A stretch of DNA of 64,000 nt, taken from the NCBI GenBank assembly GCA_013361525.1, contig JABFXY010000067.1:4387-68386 (forward strand), given 5' to 3'. The notes below the pieces were generated by a model. That model had not been told where the DNA came from. It made no database searches and saw only the letters and a list, made by a program, of their open reading frames with translations. The stretch's first letter is position 1. Each line of letters starts with the position of its first letter. This DNA is from Polyangiaceae bacterium. GTDB taxonomy: Bacteria > Myxococcota_A > Polyangia > Polyangiales > Polyangiaceae. Positions 7,771 through 16,760 of this stretch are shown piece after piece. The position numbers and the translations under genes were made by a program.

Positions 7771-8276
7771 CGCTCGGCCTCGACCTTCGCTTCATGGCTC
7801 GCCTCGCCAAGGATTCGAATCAACTTGTCGGCGTGCTCTGCGGTGAGGCCGCCGCGCGGCTGAAACGTGGTGCGCACGAAGTGGCGCTCGAGTCCGTAGC
7901 CCGCATCCTCATCGTCATCGACGATCGCGAACGCCTCCACCGGCCTGAATTGCTCCTCCAGCCAGCGCTTGATCTCGCGGTGCCGCCCGCTCCCTGAGCA
8001 CGACGGCGTCTTTCCGATGAGCGCGCCGGTGAAGCCTCTCGACTTGAGGATCTCGCGCATCTCGGCGAGCGGGTAGATCTTCCGCCACGAGGAGGAGAGA
8101 ACGACCTTCGCTCCGGTGGCATCGATCACGCGATTGAGTTCGGCCACCTTGGCCGCGTCGATGTGCGAGACCGGGCGCCACTCGACGACGGTCTCTTCGG
8201 CGCGCCCGGTGTCGGCCTCGATGAGGAATGCGTGGTCGTTCAGCACGCCGTCGATGTCGAGGAACAGAACCTTCAT
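7767..8276 (-). CDS. HAD-superfamily phosphatase-like protein
   Basis: MKVLFLDIDGVLN (HAD motif I, DxDG), VVLSSSWR (motif II-like), VDDDED (motif IV-like). Confidence 0.7.
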   Translation of the reverse strand: MKVLFLDIDGVLNDHAFLIEADTGRAEETVVEWRPVSHIDAAKVAELNRVIDATGAKVVLSSSWRKIYPLAEMREILKSRGFTGALIGKTPSCSGSGRHREIKRWLEEQFRPVEAFAIVDDDEDAGYGLERHFVRTTFQPRGGLTAEHADKLIRILGEASHEAKVEAER

Positions 8277-9223
8277 CGTCGTTGCTCCGCCGCTGCCTGC
8301 GCCTTCCGCAGCGCCTCATCCGCCTTGCGAACTTCCTCGCCGGCGAGCGTGCCCGATGCGGCGAGCGCCCTCGAGGCGATGGCGATCACCTCGGTCAGGG
8401 CGACATGCGTCTCGGCCTTGTACCGATCGTCGTCCCATTCGTAGGAGCCGCGCCCCTCGGTCACCCAGAACGTGCCGCGGCATCGCGTGACGACGTCGAC
8501 GAGACCGGCGGCGAGACCGGTGCGGTCGCGATTGAGGGCGTCGCGTGCGTCCTTCAGCGCGGTCTCGATCTCGCGCATCGGGTGCTTCTCGCACATCCTG
8601 ATGTGCTCCTTCAGCAGCTCGGCGCCGTGCGTCGGCGAACCCGGTGGGTAGGCGTGCCCGCAGTAGACGCACGTGACCACGGCCTTGGCTCCGCCTTCCT
8701 TCGACTCCCAGACCTGGGGCACCGGCGACCAATGCGTCATGTAGTCGGGGAAGTCGTCGTCGAGATCGGTGCCGCAGTAGGGCGGTTCCTTGATCGGCAC
8801 CTTCCACCAGAGCACCGGCCCGTAGTCCTCGTGATACTCCTCGCGGGGTCGCAGCGCCCGGAGCTCGGCCAGCTCGATCGCCGGGCGTTCCGCTTCGATC
8901 GCTGCGTCGATGTCGGCCGCCAACGCCTTCCGCATCTTCGCGGTGCACTCCTCCCAGGTGTGCGGGTCGGCCACGACTTCGTCGCAGCCGTTGCAGATCT
9001 GATTCGCATCACCCGCCTCGCCGTTGCTCTCCCAGCGCGTCGTGGGGCCCCGCGGCGCGTCGCCAAGCGCCGCCCGGATGCTCGCCGCGCTCGCCTTCCA
9101 AGACATCTCCACCGACCCACCCGCCCATGGCTTCGGGCCGCAGATGTGGACGCCGTTGATGGTGAGGCTCGGTCCCTCGATGCTGCCAACGAGCGCGATC
9201 TCGACTTCGTCTTTGGTGCTCAT
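8273..9223 (-). CDS. hypothetical Cys-rich protein
   Basis: Start trimmed to ATG 9223 (ATGA with upstream stop). Several CxxC pairs (CNGC, CVYCGH...MCEKH). No family recognised. Confidence 0.5.
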   Translation of the reverse strand: MSTKDEVEIALVGSIEGPSLTINGVHICGPKPWAGGSVEMSWKASAASIRAALGDAPRGPTTRWESNGEAGDANQICNGCDEVVADPHTWEECTAKMRKALAADIDAAIEAERPAIELAELRALRPREEYHEDYGPVLWWKVPIKEPPYCGTDLDDDFPDYMTHWSPVPQVWESKEGGAKAVVTCVYCGHAYPPGSPTHGAELLKEHIRMCEKHPMREIETALKDARDALNRDRTGLAAGLVDVVTRCRGTFWVTEGRGSYEWDDDRYKAETHVALTEVIAIASRALAASGTLAGEEVRKADEALRKAQAAAEQRR

Positions 9224-9483
9224 CCCTCGGCGCTCCGTTTCTTCTTCGGCCGCTCCTCGAGCTTCGCCGCGAGTTGCTCGATCTCGGCGACGACCTTCGG
9301 ATCCAGCCGCCCCACCGACGAGGCCATGAGCGCGACCATGAGCCGCCCGACGGCGGGCTCTGGCACGAGCCCGGTGCCTTCGATCCTGATCCCCGCCGGC
9401 GTGTAGACGACGGAGCGCATGACCCATTGCCCCGGATACCGTTTCTGAAGCGGCTGTTTTCGTGCGTGCTTCGAGCGGCTCAT
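9220..9483 (-). CDS. hypothetical protein
   Basis: Internal ATG 9483 of the track ORF; ATGA overlaps on both sides. Confidence 0.45.
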   Translation of the reverse strand: MSRSKHARKQPLQKRYPGQWVMRSVVYTPAGIRIEGTGLVPEPAVGRLMVALMASSVGRLDPKVVAEIEQLAAKLEERPKKKRSAEG

Positions 9484-9653
9484 CGGTCCGCCTCCCGCAG
9501 CCACGCAGCGCTCTTCGCACGAAAGAGACGACGCTCGGTCGCGCGCTCGAGAGCAATCGCCCGGCAGCATTCCGTGTACTCGGCACCGACGAGTCGCGCG
9601 GTCTCAACGAGCGCGAGAAGGTCGGCTGTCGACATGTGTTTGCGCTTGCTCAT
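9480..9653 (-). CDS. hypothetical small protein
   Basis: Internal ATG 9653; ATGA overlaps on both sides. Confidence 0.4.
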   Translation of the reverse strand: MSKRKHMSTADLLALVETARLVGAEYTECCRAIALERATERRLFRAKSAAWLREADR

Positions 9654-11272
9654 CGCTTTGCCTCGAGCCGCTCGATCGCCCGCCGCGCGAGCTCGAACTC
9701 GGCGAGGAGCCACGCGGTCGCGCGCTGCTCTGAAGTCGCTTCAGACGCGCACCACGAGCGGAAGACGTCGGCCGGGATGTCGAGCGGAGCGCGGACGATC
9801 GCCATATGGGAGAGCCAGGCTGGGAGCTGTGCGGGCGGCGCAGTTGGTGCCTTGGCTCCAACTTTAAGCTCCGCGCGCTTCTCCAGTTCGAAGAGCGCGG
9901 CCTTCACCTCAGTGAGCAGGTGCGTTAGCTGCGTGTCGTTCGGACGGTTCGCAATGGCCTTCGCCAAGTCGAGCCGCAGATCGGACCCCGGGCGCGGAGC
10001 GCCAGCAGGGCGCCTCATCCAGCACGCGTGGCATTCGCCCTCTCCCGGCATCGAGCGTGCGCCGCAACGGCACCAGGCGTTGAAGTACTCGCGCTTCGCG
10101 TCTTCCTTTGCGAGCGCTAGATCCGCCTCCGCCTTCTCAGCCCGCGCCTTCTGCTCGTCGCGGTCCGTCTTCAGCAGGTTCGCAGTCACGCGCATCGCGC
10201 GCACGCGTTGCTCGGGCGTCATCGTCGCAACGAGACCCATCTCGTACGACTCTTTCGCGATCGCATCGACGTAGCGGTCGGCGAGCGCCACGGCCTCCTC
10301 GCGAGCTCGGCGCTCGGCGTCCAGTTCGTCCGACGCCGCGCGGAACGTCTCTTTGTCCAGCTCCAGCTTGCGGTTCGCCTCGTCGCGCTCCTTCCGAGCC
10401 GTGTCAGCGTCCTCGAGTAGCTTCTCACCACCGGCCGACACTTCGAGGATCCACGCGTGCAGGCGCTCCTCCTGGTCGTTGGACGCTGGAATGTTCGCCG
10501 CGGAGCAGCACTGCTCGAACGCCTTGACTAGCTCGTCGTATTGCTCGCGCAGCGAAGCGTGTTGTCGCTGCGTCGTGTCGAGTTCGGTGGCGAACCGCTG
10601 ACCTGAGCGGACCCGACGCAACGCATTCTCCAGCGCGCGCTCCAATCGCCATTCGTGCGGCGAATCGGAGCCGCTGCCGACCCATTCGTCGCCACCGAGC
10701 GGGCCGACCTCGAGGAGCGCAGCGTCGCGGGTCGTCGGGAACGCTCCGATAGCGGCCTCGAAGCCCTTCGCCTCAAGCGCTGCCTCGAGGTCGTCGGAGA
10801 ACTGGGCGTCAATGGTGCGATGGCGCTGCGCGTACTCCCAAAGCAGGTCCTGCGCGGTCGCGTCTTTCGTGCTGAGCGGCACCTTCCCGCGCGGGCACGT
10901 CGGGTACTTGTCGCTCTGAAACTCTCCGCCGATGAGGTGCGGATGCGCCGGATCGGACGGTTGAGCGGCCGCGCGCGTCTCCGCGAGCATCGTCTCCACC
11001 GTCAGCAGGTCTGCTGCTCCGCAGCGCGTCTCACGCAGCTTCGCGAGTACCCGCTCCAGCGTTGCCACATCCGCACCTGCCGTCGGCGCGCTGCCGTGCT
11101 CCGCCTGCCACTCCGCCGCGTGCTTCGGGCACGACTTGCGGAGGCGGTCGCATTGGCAGATCTCGAAGTCCTTCGGGTCGACGCGGCGCACCTCAGCCGC
11201 CAAGCGCTCGCCTTCCTCGGCGGCAATGCGCGCGTCCTCTGCCGGGTTGGGACCGAATCGGAAGTTGTCCAT
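9650..11272 (-). CDS. large coiled-coil protein, unknown function
   Basis: Start trimmed to ATG 11272 (MDNFRFGPNP). Long Glu/Arg/Ala heptad-like segments (EERLHAWILE...DELDAERRAREEAVALADRY). Cys clusters (CQCDRLRKSCPKH; WCRCGARSMPGEGECHAC). Confidence 0.55.
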   Translation of the reverse strand: MDNFRFGPNPAEDARIAAEEGERLAAEVRRVDPKDFEICQCDRLRKSCPKHAAEWQAEHGSAPTAGADVATLERVLAKLRETRCGAADLLTVETMLAETRAAAQPSDPAHPHLIGGEFQSDKYPTCPRGKVPLSTKDATAQDLLWEYAQRHRTIDAQFSDDLEAALEAKGFEAAIGAFPTTRDAALLEVGPLGGDEWVGSGSDSPHEWRLERALENALRRVRSGQRFATELDTTQRQHASLREQYDELVKAFEQCCSAANIPASNDQEERLHAWILEVSAGGEKLLEDADTARKERDEANRKLELDKETFRAASDELDAERRAREEAVALADRYVDAIAKESYEMGLVATMTPEQRVRAMRVTANLLKTDRDEQKARAEKAEADLALAKEDAKREYFNAWCRCGARSMPGEGECHACWMRRPAGAPRPGSDLRLDLAKAIANRPNDTQLTHLLTEVKAALFELEKRAELKVGAKAPTAPPAQLPAWLSHMAIVRAPLDIPADVFRSWCASEATSEQRATAWLLAEFELARRAIERLEAKR

Positions 11273-11274
11273 CG

Positions 11275-11565
11275 TCAATACTCCGTGCTGCAAAGGAAGC
11301 CGCGGCCGCGCTTCGCGATCCACGCCGAGCACGGCTGCGTCAGGAGCGCGTTACCGTCAGCGTGCGGCTCGCCCACGTCCCCATTGGGGTCGGCCCAGAT
11401 GGTCAACTCCGCGTCGTCGGCGAGCTGCTCAAGCTCGATGACGCCATCGTGATTCGGTGGCTCGTAGCCTTCGCCGTAGGTCTCGCGCATGACAGCCACC
11501 GCGTCGTGGACATCGCGCGCAATCACGCAGTCGGTGTCGTCCGTGAAAACGTGTAGGTCGCTCAT
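11275..11565 (-). CDS. hypothetical acidic protein
   Basis: Track ORF with plausible composition. Confidence 0.5.
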   Translation of the reverse strand: MSDLHVFTDDTDCVIARDVHDAVAVMRETYGEGYEPPNHDGVIELEQLADDAELTIWADPNGDVGEPHADGNALLTQPCSAWIAKRGRGFLCSTEY

Positions 11566-11567
11566 CG

Positions 11568-12017
11568 TCAGCCTTCCTTCGCTGCCGTCTCGCGCAACTC
11601 ACGCCGGATCCTCAAGTCCTCTTCCGCGTGATGGAGCGCATCTCCGATCGTCATGCCGGCCGCGTACGCCGTTGCGCCGGCGGCGATCCGTCGCAGGTCG
11701 GCAAGTAGCTCCGCGGCGTCGAGCAACTCCGCAGCAGCATTCTTCAGCGCGCACACCGCGCGCCCGTCGGCCTCTGCGAACTGCAGCAGCCCGTAGAAGT
11801 CGGCGATGACCTCGCTGGCGTGCGTTACGCGCGCGCATTCGATGCCACCGCTCTTGGCGATGCGGGGATCGTCATCGCAACCACCGTCGCAGCCGTCGGG
11901 GCACGCCAGGCCCTCTGCGTTGACTGGTTCGACGGTGAAGCCGCGACAGGCCCACTCCCCCGGCGTCGCCTTTGCCAGCAGAGCGCGGAGCTCGGCGATG
12001 GTGGCGAGATCAGCCAT
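11568..12017 (-). CDS. Ea22/ead-like protein
   Basis: The N-terminal LRALLAKATPGEWAC motif (ATPGPW-type) is typical of phage ead/Ea22-like proteins. Confidence 0.5.
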   Translation of the reverse strand: MADLATIAELRALLAKATPGEWACRGFTVEPVNAEGLACPDGCDGGCDDDPRIAKSGGIECARVTHASEVIADFYGLLQFAEADGRAVCALKNAAAELLDAAELLADLRRIAAGATAYAAGMTIGDALHHAEEDLRIRRELRETAAKEG

Positions 12018-12396
12018 TGGAGCCTCCTTCGAGCCGCTTCCACCAGGAGCCGTCTGGATCCTCGCGCCACTTGTCGACGGCCTGCTCGAGGGTCGGGTGC
12101 ACCGTCGACATGTCCCCGGGCGGTCGCGAGCGCTGATGACTGATCCGAATCTTCACGTAGTTCGGCGCGCTCGAATGCAACGAGACGCGGACGCCGCGGT
12201 CGTGCGCCATGAACACGAGCCGAGTCAGATCGTCGTAGTCGAACGACGATAGTCCGGCGCCGGCGTTGTAGTGGGCGACGTACCACGAGCCGCCGCCCTC
12301 GTCGCGGACGCCCTTCTCGGGGATGTGGTGCTTGCCGCGGTAGAAGGTCGCGAAGAAGTCCTCGGCCTCGTCGCGGGTGAGGGGGCGGGTGCTCAT
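12010..12396 (-). CDS. hypothetical protein
   Basis: Track ORF; 8-nt overlap downstream, 4-nt overlap upstream. Confidence 0.5.
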   Translation of the reverse strand: MSTRPLTRDEAEDFFATFYRGKHHIPEKGVRDEGGGSWYVAHYNAGAGLSSFDYDDLTRLVFMAHDRGVRVSLHSSAPNYVKIRISHQRSRPPGDMSTVHPTLEQAVDKWREDPDGSWWKRLEGGSNG

Positions 12397-13208
12397 CGCC
12401 CGAAGTCCCTCGCTACGGAGTGAATCTCACGGAGGTACTCCGCCGCCTTCGCGGCGCTCCACGCGTGCACAAGCGCCTGCTCCTTCGTGGTCTCCTGATT
12501 CTTGAAGAGCTCCGTGCCGTCGAACACCGAGCGAAGGCGCTCGCGGGCCTCGTAGCGGTGGCCAGCGCAAGCTCGCTCGACCACATCGGACCAATCGATG
12601 TTGATGACGCGCTTTCGCCACCCGACCTTGATGTCGCCCCAAGGCGTGCAGAGGAGCGCCCAGGTTCGGCGCCCGCTTCGGTCGTATTCGGTCGGTATGG
12701 GAACGACGAACGCACCCTCGAGGCCAGCGTCGTTCGCAATCTGTTGAATCTCGCGAAGCGACTCGCGCTCGTCGCGGAGCAGATCGCAGCGGACGTGACG
12801 GAAGGAGGCAAGCTCGTGGTCCTGCCCGCGTACTGCAACCGAGTCGTGCCAATCTGCGATCGTCCAGACACGACCGCACTCGGCGCACACGTGGTCCACG
12901 GTCGGGATGGCGTATGATATGCCGTACGAGATGACGAGCTTGGTCAACGACTCGTTCAGCACCTCAGGACGCACCACACGCGGCAGGGTCTCCGGCATCC
13001 AATCCAACAACGTGCGGTAGTCGTGCTCGAACGTGCACCGCCCGAAGTTGCCGCAGCTGTCGAAGTAGGCGCGCCCCTGGACGATGAAGTTGCCGAGCGC
13101 CTCTTTGCGGTCGTAATAGGCCGCCTGGCGCTCGCGAATGAGCCGGTGGAGGCCGTCGAGATCGGTGAGGTAGGTCTCGATGCCGTCGGCGGTGTTGTAG
13201 GGCTTCAT
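12393..13208 (-). CDS. hypothetical protein downstream of DUF5131
   Basis: Start trimmed to ATG 13208 (ATGA). Contains CAECG and other Cys/His residues. No family recognised. Confidence 0.5.
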   Translation of the reverse strand: MKPYNTADGIETYLTDLDGLHRLIRERQAAYYDRKEALGNFIVQGRAYFDSCGNFGRCTFEHDYRTLLDWMPETLPRVVRPEVLNESLTKLVISYGISYAIPTVDHVCAECGRVWTIADWHDSVAVRGQDHELASFRHVRCDLLRDERESLREIQQIANDAGLEGAFVVPIPTEYDRSGRRTWALLCTPWGDIKVGWRKRVINIDWSDVVERACAGHRYEARERLRSVFDGTELFKNQETTKEQALVHAWSAAKAAEYLREIHSVARDFGR

Positions 13209-14293
13209 CGCGAGACCTCCGGCCATTCGCGAATGCGAAGCGCTTCCGGCCACTCCTCCGGGTCGCCGCCCTTCTTGTCCTTGATGAAAACGACCACGTC
13301 GTCGCTGTTCGGCAGACCGTGAAAGCGGGAGTCCGGAAGCGGCCACGACTCGACGTTGCTGATTCGATCGTGAGGGCTGGCACCGAGCTGCTTGTGGAAG
13401 ATGGGCACCGCAGCGTCGCGGCATTGGGCGATGAGCTCGCGCGCCCAATCGACGTGATAGGGACGCGACGACGGGCCTGATTCCCCGCCGACTACGACCC
13501 AAGAGAGCCGCGGGCCGACCTCTTCCGCAGCGGCTCCGCCGAAGTCCTTCGGCGCGTACTCGCCGTCGAGGTACTCGGAGATCTCGAGCGGTCCCAGGAG
13601 CGGCTCAGCCGAGATCCAGCGCACGACCGCCGGCGTATCGAGCAGCTGCGGGATTCGCTTGTCGGCGTACTTCTGGTTCTCGACGCTCACCCCGAGGTGA
13701 ACGTTGGGCAACGGCCAGCGCGGCTGGCTTCCGTCGAGCGGGTTGCCGTCGGCCGGCGCGTTCTTCCACCGCGAGAACCCGCTCACCCAATTGGCGACGG
13801 CGGCGACGAAGTCCTCGTCGAAGCCGGCCCGGTCGAGCGCTGCCGCAAGCTTGCTGTGCGGCTCGTCGGAGACCCACTCGAACCACTTGCGCATCCTCTC
13901 GGCGCGCTTGGTCAAAACCTGGAACGTGTGCCGGTGCGCGCCCGCCATCACGGCGAACACCACAGCGATCTCCTCGTTCGTGAGCCCTTCGTGAAAGAGG
14001 TCGCTCATCGAGTTCACGAAGATGCGCCGCGGCTTCTTCCAGCGAAGCGGAAGCGGGAGCATGTCGTGCGCGAGCCGCATCTTGCCGGTCCAGCGCGGGC
14101 CGTTCTTGCCGAGACGGATCAGCCCTTCGTACGGGCGCCCGGGGCCGCAGAGACGCGCGCCCATTCGCTCGGCGTAGCAGCCGCCTTTGCCGACGAGCTC
14201 GGGCGTGCCGTCACCGCAACCTGGCGAGATGCGCGAGCACCCGCGCGTCGGGTTCCAGACCTTGTTCGTCCATTCGATCGACGTCTCAGCCAC
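13205..14293 (-). CDS. phage Gp37/Gp68 family protein (DUF5131, three-Cys motif)
   Basis: N-terminus TSIEWTNKVWNPTRGCSRISPGCGDG...GGCYAERM is the family signature (IEWT..WNP..GC...S.GC..CYA). Confidence 0.75.
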   Translation of the reverse strand: MAETSIEWTNKVWNPTRGCSRISPGCGDGTPELVGKGGCYAERMGARLCGPGRPYEGLIRLGKNGPRWTGKMRLAHDMLPLPLRWKKPRRIFVNSMSDLFHEGLTNEEIAVVFAVMAGAHRHTFQVLTKRAERMRKWFEWVSDEPHSKLAAALDRAGFDEDFVAAVANWVSGFSRWKNAPADGNPLDGSQPRWPLPNVHLGVSVENQKYADKRIPQLLDTPAVVRWISAEPLLGPLEISEYLDGEYAPKDFGGAAAEEVGPRLSWVVVGGESGPSSRPYHVDWARELIAQCRDAAVPIFHKQLGASPHDRISNVESWPLPDSRFHGLPNSDDVVVFIKDKKGGDPEEWPEALRIREWPEVSR

Positions 14294-15989
14294 GCCCGCC
14301 TCCCTTTTCGAAGAAGATGCCCGCCGCCTCGATCCGCTCTCGGCCGCTCACCAGTTCGAGCGTGCGGAGCTTCCCAAGCGCGTTGGCGAAGCTCGAGCTC
14401 GTGAGGGAGTAGTTCGTGGCCTTCCCGATCTCCTCCTTCGTCACGCCACGGCGAGCGCGCACGACGAACTCGAGCATCGACCGCTCCGCCTTCCCGAGCT
14501 TGGCCGCCCAGTAGCCCAGAAGCGCCGCACCGGTCGGCAGCGGCTCGACCTTGCCTGCGCGCTTCCGGCCGGCGTCGGTCGCCTTGAGCGCATCCCTGGA
14601 CCCTTCGACGAGGCCGGCGCTGCGAAGCGCTCCGAGTGCGTTGGCGAACGACGAGGACTTGATGCTGTAGCAGCTGAGGATCGAGAGTTGCTGCGCCGTC
14701 GTGGTCGAGCGTTGGGCGAGGACCTGGAGCAGGGCCAGTTCGGCGCGGCCGAGGCCCGAGGTCTTTGGCGTCTCGCGACGTGCGACGGCACTCGCGGCAG
14801 CCTTCTGCAAAGGCTCGAACGCCTGCGGGTAGTCGGATGAGGTTCGCAAGTTGATCTGCTTCGGACGCTCGACCTCCTCGTCGCGCGCGTCGTAGAGGCG
14901 GTTGAGGATCTCGCTCGCAGCCTGGTCGGCGGTCTCGAGCACCTTCAACGCCTGCTCCACGCCGCCACGGATGGCTCGTAGGAGCTCGCCCTGCTCGGGC
15001 GTAAGCGCGGGAGCCGCGGCGGGACGCTCGGCGAGCTTCTGCTCGAGCTCAGCGACGCGAGTCCGCAGCGCGTTCACCTCGCCGCTTGCCTTGCTCCTCG
15101 GCGACGCCGGCTCCGTGACGGCGAGCTCGGCGAGGCGCGCTCGAAGCTCAGCGATGTCGATCGTCGAGAGCTTGCCGGTCGGCCTGGCAGCCGCGCCGAC
15201 CGCCGGCGTGCTCGATGCGTCGAGCGAGCGCTTTCTGGCGATCCGGATCTGCTTCGAGACGCCCAGCCACTGCGGGCTCCAGACCACGCAAGTCCCAACC
15301 GGAAGCGACGGCAGGCGGTCGTCGATCGAGACCTCTGCGCCCTTGTCGCCGACCCAGGCGCGGATCGCCTTCCGCTCTTGCGGCCCGGTCATCTGGAACG
15401 CGAAGAGGCACTCGGTCTGGTTGAGCGCCTTCTTGTTCACCTCCTGCACGCGCTGGGAGATGCAACTCACACCGATCCCGAAGTTCCGGCCGAGCTTCAC
15501 GATCCGCTCGAACGCGTGGAGCATCCGCTCCTCGCCCTTCATCGGGTTCTGCGGGACGAACTCTTGGCATTCCTCGAGGAACAGGTGCACCGCGCCGGGC
15601 GCCGCCTTCTTCCGCTGGAAGAAGCGCGTCGCGAAGTCGTAGGCGAACCGCGTCTGCTCGGCCGAGAGCATCTGACTCACGTCCAGCACCGCGGAGATCC
15701 CCCGATCGATGATGACGTCGGCGACGATCGCGCCGGCGCCCGGGTCGAGCGGGAGGTCCCCGTGCAGTCCGCCGAGCACCGGAATCGGGAAGGCGCCGTC
15801 ACCAAGCCGCAGGCCGTGCCAGACACCGACGCCGTCGAGAGCGACGATCTGCGCGCCGGCACCGAGCATCAGTTCGGCGAGCTTCGTAGCCGCGTAGGTC
15901 TTGCCGCTGCCGGTGCGGCCCATGAACGCGAGCTTCTGCGTCACGGCGTCGAGCGGGAGATCGAGGTCGGCGGAGATCTGAAGCTTCAT
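14286..15989 (-). CDS. HerA/FtsK-superfamily P-loop ATPase with two C-terminal winged-helix-like repeats
   Basis: Start trimmed to ATG 15989. Walker A is FMGRTGSGKTY; Walker B-like is VHLFLEECQEF. The C-terminus has an internal duplication (SIKSSSFANALGALRSAGLVEG / SLTSSSFANALGKLRTLELVSG). Confidence 0.65.
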   Translation of the reverse strand: MKLQISADLDLPLDAVTQKLAFMGRTGSGKTYAATKLAELMLGAGAQIVALDGVGVWHGLRLGDGAFPIPVLGGLHGDLPLDPGAGAIVADVIIDRGISAVLDVSQMLSAEQTRFAYDFATRFFQRKKAAPGAVHLFLEECQEFVPQNPMKGEERMLHAFERIVKLGRNFGIGVSCISQRVQEVNKKALNQTECLFAFQMTGPQERKAIRAWVGDKGAEVSIDDRLPSLPVGTCVVWSPQWLGVSKQIRIARKRSLDASSTPAVGAAARPTGKLSTIDIAELRARLAELAVTEPASPRSKASGEVNALRTRVAELEQKLAERPAAAPALTPEQGELLRAIRGGVEQALKVLETADQAASEILNRLYDARDEEVERPKQINLRTSSDYPQAFEPLQKAAASAVARRETPKTSGLGRAELALLQVLAQRSTTTAQQLSILSCYSIKSSSFANALGALRSAGLVEGSRDALKATDAGRKRAGKVEPLPTGAALLGYWAAKLGKAERSMLEFVVRARRGVTKEEIGKATNYSLTSSSFANALGKLRTLELVSGRERIEAAGIFFEKGGGRG

Positions 15990-16042
15990 CGGTACTTGGT
16001 CCAAACCCAGCTCGTGGGCGGCTGCTTGATCCAGTCGTTCAT
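15986..16042 (-). CDS. 18-codon Trp-rich mini-ORF bridging two genes
   Basis: Not in track. MNDWIKQPPTSWVWTKYR. Its ATG overlaps the stop of 16039..16227 (ATGA), and its TGA overlaps the ATPase ATG (ATGA). Confidence 0.35.
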   Translation of the reverse strand: MNDWIKQPPTSWVWTKYR

Positions 16043-16227
16043 CGCGCGGCACTCCGCTCGTGCCACGAGCACCCCTCTGCTTCGTCGCAGACGTGGGTGA
16101 AGTGCTTTCCGCAGGAGCACCGCCACGTCTCGCCATCGCTCGCGCGCGCGTGGTCGGGGTACGTACGGACCAGCTCTTGGTTGCAGCTGTGGCGCGCGCG
16201 AGAGCCACGGCGGTTCGGTGCGCTCAT
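16039..16227 (-). CDS. hypothetical small Cys/His protein
   Basis: Track ORF; contains WRCSCGKHFTHVCDEAEGCSWH. Confidence 0.45.
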   Translation of the reverse strand: MSAPNRRGSRARHSCNQELVRTYPDHARASDGETWRCSCGKHFTHVCDEAEGCSWHERSAAR

Positions 16228-16760
16228 CGGCTCGGCTCCTCGACGCGGACGACGTTGTCAGCTTCTCTGCGCTTCGCGACCAACGAGCGGAGGTGCGCGC
16301 TGTCGACCACGGTGCGCGTGAGCCCGGTCACCCAGTCGACCGGGATGGCGAGCGCATTCTTCCCGTCGTCGTAGTAGTCGCGCTTGCTGTCGATCTCCTC
16401 CAGCGCGTAGGTGCCGGCGTAGTCGAGCGCGTTGGTGTAGCCGTTCGCGTCGGGCTGCCACCAGCAGATGACCTGATCCCGGGTGTACTTGAGGGAGATG
16501 ACGTAGAAGCGTTGCTCGGCGGGCGGCTCCGTCTTCATCGTCGCCAGCGCCGGCGTCCCGGGCGCTCGCGTCTGCTCAAGGGCGGCGGTGAGGCGCGCGA
16601 CTTCGGCGAGCAGGAACTTTCGATCGTTGTTCGCGAGTTGCCACTGCGAATAGACGGTGCTGGCTGGTGCGCCGTGGGCGCAGTCGTAAGCGTCGTGTTC
16701 GCGAACGCGGGCCAGATCGTCCGCACGATCGGCTTCGATGGATTCGGGAGTCCTACCCAT
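16224..16760 (-). CDS. hypothetical protein
   Basis: Start trimmed to ATG 16760; plausible globular composition (FYVISLKYTRDQVICWWQPDANGY). Confidence 0.5.
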   Translation of the reverse strand: MGRTPESIEADRADDLARVREHDAYDCAHGAPASTVYSQWQLANNDRKFLLAEVARLTAALEQTRAPGTPALATMKTEPPAEQRFYVISLKYTRDQVICWWQPDANGYTNALDYAGTYALEEIDSKRDYYDDGKNALAIPVDWVTGLTRTVVDSAHLRSLVAKRREADNVVRVEEPSR

